Source: a virus. Taken from it: a stretch of DNA of 41,518 bases. The number at the start of each line of letters is the position of its first letter. The first letter of the stretch is position 1. Made by a program: the position numbers and the translations under genes. A model generated the notes under the pieces. The model saw only the letters and a program-made list of their open reading frames with translations. It made no database searches and was not told where the DNA came from. This document shows positions 25,976 through 31,963 of this stretch, piece after piece. Location: the IMG/VR virus record IMGVR_UViG_3300010376_000020, positions 1-41,518 of that record. One strand, given 5' to 3'.

Positions 25976-26193
25976 TGCCGTTGATAACCTCCGAAGTTCG
26001 CTGCTGCGGCATCACCGCGCACTTTCACCGCCCATACCATCGCGATAACCCATCCCACGAAGGTCCAGCCGGCTAAAAAATTGAGAGCAAAAATCGCGCC
26101 GGCATTGCGGTTGCCTTTGGCCCACAGCGCAGGCAAAAAGTAGATCGCTCCGCCTATTGCAATGAGTACAACAAGTACAACAAATATATCCAT
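25972..26193 (-). CDS. Superinfection immunity protein (T4 Imm-like family)
   Basis: 73 aa. IYFLPALWAKGNRNAGAIFALNFLAGWTFVGWVIAMVWAV matches the YFLP...N...GWT.(I/V)GW...WA signature of the Imm_superinfect family. GGAGG SD present. Confidence 0.8.
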   Translation of the reverse strand: MDIFVVLVVLIAIGGAIYFLPALWAKGNRNAGAIFALNFLAGWTFVGWVIAMVWAVKVRGDAAAANFGGYQRQ

Positions 26194-26227
26194 TCATTCC
26201 TCCGAAAAAATCCCCTTCGATTCGGGG

Positions 26228-26422
26228 TTACTCTTGTTCCTTCTTGGCCGTCCGCTGAAGCTCCCGCCGCAGCACACGCTCGATCCAGCGATGGACGAAC
26301 ATGCCGTCAGCTTTGGCCTGCGCCTTCACTTGCGCCCACAGCTCGCGGTCGATGTTGCGGATGTAGGCAACGGTCTCGTGGCGTTCCACTGGCATCAGCT
26401 TATTCATGCGGAGCACTTCCAT
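26228..26422 (-). CDS. Ribbon-helix-helix DNA-binding protein
   Basis: 64 aa. VAYIRNIDRELWAQVKAQAKADGMFVHRWIERVLRREL fits the strand-helix-helix pattern of the Arc/CopG/antitoxin type. Confidence 0.6.
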   Translation of the reverse strand: MEVLRMNKLMPVERHETVAYIRNIDRELWAQVKAQAKADGMFVHRWIERVLRRELQRTAKKEQE

Positions 26423-26425
26423 ACG

Positions 26426-26656
26426 TCATCGTTCGACCACCGGCGGATGAGTCCAGCGGTCCCGTTCTTCCAGCGTTGCGACCCGTTCGCGGATATTGCC
26501 GATGTCTGCCCGAATCTGTGATAGCTCCGCGCGAATCTCGAGAAGCTCAGCGCGGATGCTCTTCACCTCCATGAGGTTCCATAGCACTGCGCCCAATAGC
26601 GGCAGCGTTCCCATAAAAACAGCAAGCGCGAATTGCCAAACCTGAAGATTTATCAC
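26426..26656 (-). CDS. Small membrane protein, N-terminal TM helix plus coiled coil
   Basis: 76 aa. The hydrophobic stretch WQFALAVFMGTLPLLGAVLWNL is followed by the repetitive helix IRAELLEIRAELSQIRADIGNIRERVATLEE. Confidence 0.5.
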   Translation of the reverse strand: MINLQVWQFALAVFMGTLPLLGAVLWNLMEVKSIRAELLEIRAELSQIRADIGNIRERVATLEERDRWTHPPVVER

Positions 26657-26907
26657 TGCTCAATCCGGTAGCACTGTTCGGTTTCGTTCCAGATCTGCTG
26701 GCGCGTCACCCACTGGCCATTTTCCCATTTATCGACCATTAACACCTTCGGTTGCGGTGGCCTACGCTGCGATCCTGCAAGCGATGCTTTGCGCCAGCCA
26801 TCCAAAATCGCTCCGAAATCACCGGCTAACCCGCTCGCGTGGCTATTGAAGCCGCTATTCATGAATACGCTTGCCGGGATGCCTTTGTTCCGTTTTGTGT
26901 TGCTCAT
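26653..26907 (-). CDS. Hypothetical protein, first gene of accessory operon
   Basis: 84 aa with an ATGA overlap to the next gene. It is preceded by a strong promoter-like element. Confidence 0.5.
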   Translation of the reverse strand: MSNTKRNKGIPASVFMNSGFNSHASGLAGDFGAILDGWRKASLAGSQRRPPQPKVLMVDKWENGQWVTRQQIWNETEQCYRIEQ

Positions 26908-26929
26908 TTGTTATCTATCTTCCATCTTT

Positions 26930-26958
26930 ATGCTAGCGCAATGCTAGCATGTTGTCAA
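26930..26958 (-). promoter_or_regulatory. Sigma70-like promoter TTGACA - 17 nt - TAGCAT (minus strand) with two ATGCTAGC repeats 11 bp apart (26930..26937, 26941..26948)
   Basis: Read directly. The -35 hexamer is the reverse complement of 26953..26958 and the -10 hexamer the reverse complement of 26930..26935. The repeats cover the -10 and the spacer, so they are a candidate operator. Confidence 0.5.
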
Positions 26959-27043
26959 GATGTATTGTGTGCTTGCAAACACGGGCGCTTTCCGGCACCC
27001 TAGGGTTAGGTACCGGCAACCGCCAACGGAGGGCAAAACACGG

Positions 27044-27277
27044 ATGCAAAATCGCAAGACGGGGCATTTGAGAAGAGGGCAGGTATCGCCGGAGGAGCGC
27101 CAGATCCGGTATATGCGCCTGATTGTCCTGGACGGCTTCCAATACGAGATACCCAGGTCTATGGCCTTGTACATTCTCGACGGCAAGGACAAAGCCGAAC
27201 GCCTTGCGGCATCATCCAAGGACAATTCCTGCGTCAGCTACTCGGGCATCTCCCGGGTTTGGCGTGAACAACGCTAG
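27044..27277 (+). CDS. Hypothetical small basic protein (plus strand)
   Basis: 77 aa from ATG 27044 with GGAGGG about 10 nt upstream. I prefer it to the overlapping minus-strand ORF 26944..27225, which is R/C-rich and lacks an SD. Confidence 0.4.
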   Translation: MQNRKTGHLRRGQVSPEERQIRYMRLIVLDGFQYEIPRSMALYILDGKDKAERLAASSKDNSCVSYSGISRVWREQR

Positions 27278-27564
27278 CGTCCTCGCTGCTCCATCATGCG
27301 CTCCCGCAGAATCCCGTTAATGCGGCCCTGATACCCGGCACCTTGCGATTTGAGCCAAGCCAGCACATCCGCGTCTAAGCGTAAGGCGATGGGTTTCTTG
27401 AGCGGCCGATAGTATTTGCCGACGATGGCGCCTTCCCAAGCCTCGGGCGGCAAGGTCGGGGCTTCCGGGTCCGCGCTATCTTGTGAAGGATCACGTTCGG
27501 CATAAGCTTTGCGAATGGCATCGGTAATCTTAAGCCGACGCTTCTTGGTAGAGACTTTCTTCAT
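27274..27564 (-). CDS. brnA: BrnA-type antitoxin (DUF4415-like)
   Basis: 96 aa. The C-terminus KKPIALRLDADVLAWLKSQGAGYQGRINGILRERM matches the BrnA/DUF4415 signature. It lies downstream of brnT and overlaps it. Confidence 0.75.
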   Translation of the reverse strand: MKKVSTKKRRLKITDAIRKAYAERDPSQDSADPEAPTLPPEAWEGAIVGKYYRPLKKPIALRLDADVLAWLKSQGAGYQGRINGILRERMMEQRGR

Positions 27565-27829
27565 AACGGGTCACCTTTCGGGCGGTAATAAACCGCAGCC
27601 GGATGTGATGCTCATCGCTGCGATCCACGAAGATCACCGTCAGCAACAGTAAATCGCCGCTCCTGCCAATCGCCTGATAGCGCTGTTCACCATCTTCGGA
27701 AAAGTAGTAGTTTTCGATGACGATGTGACATGGATCGTCGAAGATTTGAATTGCCTGCTCGAAGGAGATTCCATGCAAGCGCCGATTTCTTTCGGCCTTC
27801 GTGGAATCCCAGCTATAGCTCACTTCCAT
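27530..27829 (-). CDS. brnT: BrnT-type ribonuclease toxin (DUF497-like)
   Basis: 99 aa. The N-terminus YSWDSTKAERNRRLHGISFEQAIQIFDDP matches the BrnT signature W-D..KA..N..KHG(I/V)SFEEA..(V/I)F.DP. Confidence 0.8.
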   Translation of the reverse strand: MEVSYSWDSTKAERNRRLHGISFEQAIQIFDDPCHIVIENYYFSEDGEQRYQAIGRSGDLLLLTVIFVDRSDEHHIRLRFITARKVTRYEESLYQEASA

Positions 27830-27867
27830 CTATACTCTAGTGTATAGACAGAAATGTATAATGTCAA
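27830..27867 (-). promoter_or_regulatory. brnTA promoter/operator: TTGACA (rc of 27862..27867), weak -10, and 18-bp near-perfect palindrome CTATACTCTAGTGTATAG (27830..27847) abutting the ATG
   Basis: Read directly. The palindrome has one mismatched central pair. There is no SD before ATG 27829. The -35 hexamer overlaps the terL stop codon. Confidence 0.5.
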
Positions 27868-29219
27868 TACCTCGAAATCACCACCGGCTCCATGAACGCC
27901 ATCGCCACGGTCCGCTCCTCCGGCTCCACCACCAGGTCCGTCACCGCCCACACCAGCGCGTCCATCCGGTCCGGCGACCGCATGTCTGCATCCGGCGCCC
28001 ACTCGCACATCTGCTGCTCGAGTTCCGCGAGCCGGCCGACATGATGCACCCGGCCCTGCTCGTACAACGCCGCCACCGGCTCCGCGCGCACCGCTTTGCC
28101 GCGGGAAGCACGCACCGCGCGAAACGCGACTTCCGGAGCAACGGCCCGGATGTTGGCTTCGACCAGATCGCCGCCGTTGTTCACCTCGCCCACGATCCGG
28201 TCAGCGCGCTGTGTCCGGTACGCCGTCACCGCAACCCGCGCCCAGCCGAGCGGCGTTTCCCGGCAGCTCAGGTCGTCGAGCACGATCACGTGATTCGCCC
28301 GGGTGAGCGCCGCCACGACGATGCCGGTCTCGGCGGAGTCTTCCTCATGCGACACCGCTGGATCGATTGCCACCACGATGCGAATGATCGCGGTCCAATC
28401 GACATCGTGGGAGCCGATGCGCGCCGCGTCGATCTGCTGTTGCTTCCACAATGCGCCGGGATGATCTTCCAAAATCTCGGCCATCAGCTCCTGCCGGCCG
28501 AGGCGCGTGCCTTCATAGCGCTTGATGATCGAGTCGAAGAACGCGACCGACAGATTGGCGCGGTTGTCGTAGGTGGTCGCGCGCGTCACCACGGTGTGCG
28601 GCTCGGCGAGAATTTCCTTGAGTACCGCGAGCGGTTTGGGTGTCGTCGTGATGATGCCGCGCGGATCGTCGCCCAAGCGCCAGCCGAATTGCAGGTTGTC
28701 CCAGGCTTCGCGCAGGTAGCGCCAGGCGGCGACCTCGTCGGCTGCGAAATGGCTGCACTGCGGGCCGCGCAAACGCTCAGGTTCATCCGCGCTGAATAGT
28801 TCGGCAACTGCCCCGGTGTGAAACTTAATCAGCCGCTTCGAAGGCTCGTATTCCGGACGCTGATGGCGCGGGAAGCAGTTGAGCAGACCGCTCTCGCCCA
28901 GGACCATCACGTTGCGCACGTCGGCCGCCGTCGGTCCCACCAGATGAATCCGCTTCGCGCCCTGCTCCACCCACTGCCGCACCGTTTCGCCGCCACATCT
29001 CGTCTTGCCGAAGCCGCGGCCGGCGAGCACCACCCAGATGCGCCAGTCTTTGCGCGCGTCGGCCGCGTCGTCCGAACCCGGCGGAAGCTGCGCGGGCCGC
29101 GCCCAGAAGCGCCAATCGTAAAGCAGCTCTTCAGCTTGCTTGGGCTTGATCGCTTTCAGAATTTGCTCCCGCTTCGAGACGGGCAGCCGCGCTAAGGATT
29201 CGGCCACGGAATAAGTCAT
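27864..29219 (-). CDS. terL: Terminase large subunit
   Basis: 451 aa from ATG 29219. The Walker-A-like segment VVLAGRGFGKTRCG is followed by HLVGPTAADVRNVMVLGESGLL, a pattern I associate with Terminase_6 / GTA-like large terminases. A C-terminal nuclease-like acidic region is present. The start is uncertain; the ORF is open to 29486. Confidence 0.85.
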   Translation of the reverse strand: MTYSVAESLARLPVSKREQILKAIKPKQAEELLYDWRFWARPAQLPPGSDDAADARKDWRIWVVLAGRGFGKTRCGGETVRQWVEQGAKRIHLVGPTAADVRNVMVLGESGLLNCFPRHQRPEYEPSKRLIKFHTGAVAELFSADEPERLRGPQCSHFAADEVAAWRYLREAWDNLQFGWRLGDDPRGIITTTPKPLAVLKEILAEPHTVVTRATTYDNRANLSVAFFDSIIKRYEGTRLGRQELMAEILEDHPGALWKQQQIDAARIGSHDVDWTAIIRIVVAIDPAVSHEEDSAETGIVVAALTRANHVIVLDDLSCRETPLGWARVAVTAYRTQRADRIVGEVNNGGDLVEANIRAVAPEVAFRAVRASRGKAVRAEPVAALYEQGRVHHVGRLAELEQQMCEWAPDADMRSPDRMDALVWAVTDLVVEPEERTVAMAFMEPVVISRY

Positions 29220-29631
29220 AGGCTCGGTGTTCGATTTGGATCGGATCGCCGTTCGGTCCGCTGATAGCGTGCTCATAGCGCTCGCGGTATTTTTCCGGCG
29301 CTGCGCCTTTGAGCAGGAAAATGAGCAGCGTGTCGGAATATTCGCGGATGGTGACGCGCTTGCCCGCCACCGTCGTCGGTTTGTTAACGCCCTCGACGGC
29401 GCGCCGCCACGCTTCGTCTTCGAGCAGTTGCACGATGGCTTTGCGGGCCTTTTCGAATTGCGCCTTGTATTCCGGGTCACGATCAAGCCACTCGTAGTGA
29501 TTCCTGCGATGCAGACCGACCACCTCGAAGGCTTTATCTATCCGGCCGACTTCCTGGTAGCGCATCAGCACGGCCATTTTGGTGGCCTTCAAGTGGCCCA
29601 GCTTTTTAGGACGTGCGATTACGCGACTCAC
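29131..29631 (-). CDS. terS: Terminase small subunit (putative)
   Basis: 166 aa from GTG 29631 (GTGA overlap with the upstream stop), or 148 aa from ATG 29577. It has an HTH-like N-terminus, and the segment SDTLLIFLLKGAAPEKYRER is typical of small terminases. It lies directly upstream of terL and overlaps it. Confidence 0.6.
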   Translation of the reverse strand: MSRVIARPKKLGHLKATKMAVLMRYQEVGRIDKAFEVVGLHRRNHYEWLDRDPEYKAQFEKARKAIVQLLEDEAWRRAVEGVNKPTTVAGKRVTIREYSDTLLIFLLKGAAPEKYRERYEHAISGPNGDPIQIEHRAYDLFRGRILSAAARLEAGANSESDQAQAS

Positions 29632-29927
29632 TGCACCCACACTCCACCGGAGTAACGCCGGGTCGATCGAACATCTACCGGCGCTTCGGAATAGCGCTGA
29701 CTCCAGATTTGGCGTAATCCGGCTACGCCCCGCCATTCAGCCCATTCCGTCACAGCCGCATTCACCAGCCAGCGCAATGCTTCCGCGTGCTGTTCGGCAG
29801 GCAAAACGCTCAAGAACAATCTGTCGATGTAACCCAAAATCACCTCATGATTCCGTTCCGGGTGGGATTCCGGATACAGGTGAATCAACTTCAAGCTTTC
29901 GCAAATTGCCTTCAATTCAGCGCTCAT
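29628..29927 (-). CDS. Hypothetical protein
   Basis: 99 aa with an ATGA overlap to the DUF1376-like gene. Confidence 0.5.
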   Translation of the reverse strand: MSAELKAICESLKLIHLYPESHPERNHEVILGYIDRLFLSVLPAEQHAEALRWLVNAAVTEWAEWRGVAGLRQIWSQRYSEAPVDVRSTRRYSGGVWVQ

Positions 29928-30715
29928 CCCGCCGCCTTCTTCGCCTGCTGAGGCGCCATCTTGGGCACAAAACCGAGCGCCTTGAGCTGGTGCTGGATCA
30001 CGGTGCGCGCATAGGCCACCGGATCGTTGGCGCGCAAGATGCGCTCCTGAGCGTTGCGCATCGCTCCGGCGAAAGCATCCCAGACTGGGTTAGGCTCAGA
30101 ACGGCCGCAGTCGTTTTCCGTGGTGCGCGACGGAAGAATCAGATCGCGGCTGGCTCGCCACAGAATGCCTTCAAAGCGCGAGAGTCCGGGCGGGGGTTCG
30201 GGCTCCGGTTCGGGCTCGGGGTCCGGCAAGCAAGCAGCAGCAGCTCCGTTCGCCGAAATTTCCGCGCGTGTTCGGTTGTAGGAAGAGCTGCTAGCTTGCT
30301 CTAGTGTAGTATCTGTTCTGTTCTGTTCTGTTGGCATTGCATCCGCATTTGCGATCGGATATGCATTCGCATATGCGTTAGCATGTCCATTCCAGCGTGC
30401 TTTAGCTGCTTTCACGGCAGCATCGTGAACGGCAACCGATTTCTTTCGTTCACGTTCCTGACGCGGATTGCGAAAGCGGCCATCGGCAGCCATCGGAAAG
30501 TTAGACGAGACTTCTTTCCAAAGTCGCCTGCATCTGCGGCGATCTTCCCCGAGAAGTTGCGCCGAAGTCTCGCCGAAGTCGGCCGGAAGTCCGTCGTTAA
30601 CCCAAGCGTAATTTAAGAGCGTGACGAAAAATCCGATGCCTTCGAAGTCCAGCCGACGCACCCGCTCATCCGTGTCAAAATCTCCAGGGTACATAGAATA
30701 ATAAGGCAGCCTCAT
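29924..30715 (-). CDS. DUF1376 (YdaU)-like replication-associated protein
   Basis: 263 aa from ATG 30715 with a GGGAGG SD. The N-terminus YYSMYPGDFDTDERVRRLDFEGIGFFVTLLNYAWVNDGLP fits the DUF1376 pattern. The central linker is low-complexity (ANAYANAY, PEPEPEPEP). Confidence 0.6.
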   Translation of the reverse strand: MRLPYYSMYPGDFDTDERVRRLDFEGIGFFVTLLNYAWVNDGLPADFGETSAQLLGEDRRRCRRLWKEVSSNFPMAADGRFRNPRQERERKKSVAVHDAAVKAAKARWNGHANAYANAYPIANADAMPTEQNRTDTTLEQASSSSYNRTRAEISANGAAAACLPDPEPEPEPEPPPGLSRFEGILWRASRDLILPSRTTENDCGRSEPNPVWDAFAGAMRNAQERILRANDPVAYARTVIQHQLKALGFVPKMAPQQAKKAAG

Positions 30716-30723
30716 CGCCTCCC

Positions 30724-31113
30724 TCACGCTGTTTTCTGCCGTCCTCCGAGACGCACATAGCGCACCTGCAGTTTGCTCTTCTCGTACCAATCGATGAAGC
30801 CTTCGAGCGAAGGCTCAAAATCGATGCTGGCGGTAATGACCACGGCGCCGCGGCGGCGCTCCCGCTCTTTCCATTCCCGCTGCCAGCGCGAAATGACGCC
30901 GCCTGGGCGCTTGCACTCGATCCAGAGGATGTTCGCCCAGCCGGGTAGCGCGTGATAGCGCAGCGCCAGGAGATCGGGCATGCCGCGTTCGCCCACCGAA
31001 CGCTGCTTGCGCTCGGAGTAATTGAGTTCGAGGTGGCGGGTGTACCAGGAGTCGAGGGCGAGGTATTGGGCGATTTGCTCTTCGATGTGGGCTTCGAGCA
31101 GAAGCGATTTCAT
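30724..31113 (-). CDS. VRR-NUC domain nuclease
   Basis: 129 aa from ATG 31113 with a GAGGGAG SD. The motifs EEQIAQYL...G.PDLLAL...WIECKRPGG..S..Q..W match the PD-(D/E)xK VRR-NUC arrangement. Confidence 0.7.
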   Translation of the reverse strand: MKSLLLEAHIEEQIAQYLALDSWYTRHLELNYSERKQRSVGERGMPDLLALRYHALPGWANILWIECKRPGGVISRWQREWKERERRRGAVVITASIDFEPSLEGFIDWYEKSKLQVRYVRLGGRQKTA

Positions 31114-31280
31114 TGCTTGCGCTCCCTCAATTCCTCCTTCAATTTCCGGTATAACCAGCTCCATCGAATCGTCTCATGGCGCTTAATCTGTCCTTCGGCG
31201 GCGGCGAAGCGTGCTCGCATTAGCGGAGTCATAGGTGCACGGGTTATTTTGACCAGACGGCGGATTTTATGCAGTTTCAT
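31110..31280 (-). CDS. Hypothetical small basic protein
   Basis: 56-aa ORF not in the supplied track (MKLHKIRRLVKITRAPMTPLMRARF...). It is ATGA-coupled at both ends. Confidence 0.45.
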   Translation of the reverse strand: MKLHKIRRLVKITRAPMTPLMRARFAAAEGQIKRHETIRWSWLYRKLKEELRERKQ

Positions 31281-31963
31281 CGTGCCCTCAGAGCGGCCAT
31301 CAATTCGGCTTGCTCGGCGGCGCTTAGATGCGCGCGGATAGATTTGGCAAAGCCGTTTACGGTCGCCGGATGCTGGATCATTACTGGCCGGAATCCAGCC
31401 ATTACTGCTGCTGCGTTCGCCGATAGCTCGCCGACTTCCACTTTGCGCGCAAGGTCTGGACGGTCGCGCTTCAATCGGACGAGAACGCCAGTAGGACTCT
31501 CATGATGAAAGCCCCGCATATTATGCGTAGCTTTCTTTCCTCTTCCCCCCATCGCGCCCGCTTCCGCATGAGTCTTGGCTTCTGGCGTAAGCTCGCGAAT
31601 AATCCGCAGCGCGATCTCCGCGTCTTCCTCGCCCTTATAAGCTGCACAAATGCGCTTTAAACCCTCCGCTCCTTCCGGAACATCCAGACCTTTGGGCCAT
31701 TTTGCCCGCGCGAATTTATCAAAGTCTGAGTCAGCGTAATCGAATACCTTCCCGAAATCATCCGCATAATGCTGCCACGCTTTGGTTTCCAAGGCTTGCC
31801 GCAGAAAACGCGGACAGTTTCGGAAGGCGTCCGCGCCATAAGTCGCCGTGCGGGCGAGCTCGCGAACGATTTCCAGGTTCTTAATCGCCCGCGCATCCGG
31901 CCAGGGACATTTATCGGTATGCGGAATCGGCTTGATCAGCAAGGCGTTGTGTGAGCCACGCAT
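31277..31963 (-). CDS. Putative DNA-binding protein (KorB/ParB-like HTH tail)
   Basis: 228 aa from ATG 31963 with a GGAG SD. The C-terminal segment RLKRDRPDLARKVEVGELSANAAAVMAGF is a motif I associate with phage/plasmid DNA-binding proteins. It overlaps the helicase 3' end by 53 nt. Confidence 0.4.
   Translation of the reverse strand: MRGSHNALLIKPIPHTDKCPWPDARAIKNLEIVRELARTATYGADAFRNCPRFLRQALETKAWQHYADDFGKVFDYADSDFDKFARAKWPKGLDVPEGAEGLKRICAAYKGEEDAEIALRIIRELTPEAKTHAEAGAMGGRGKKATHNMRGFHHESPTGVLVRLKRDRPDLARKVEVGELSANAAAVMAGFRPVMIQHPATVNGFAKSIRAHLSAAEQAELMAALRAR

Noticed and set aside
26944-27225. 93-aa minus-strand ORF in the gap between the accessory operon and brnA.
   Set aside because: It is R/C/S-rich, has no SD, and would start inside the region occupied by a plus-strand ORF that has a good GGAGGG SD. 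Confidence is low either way.
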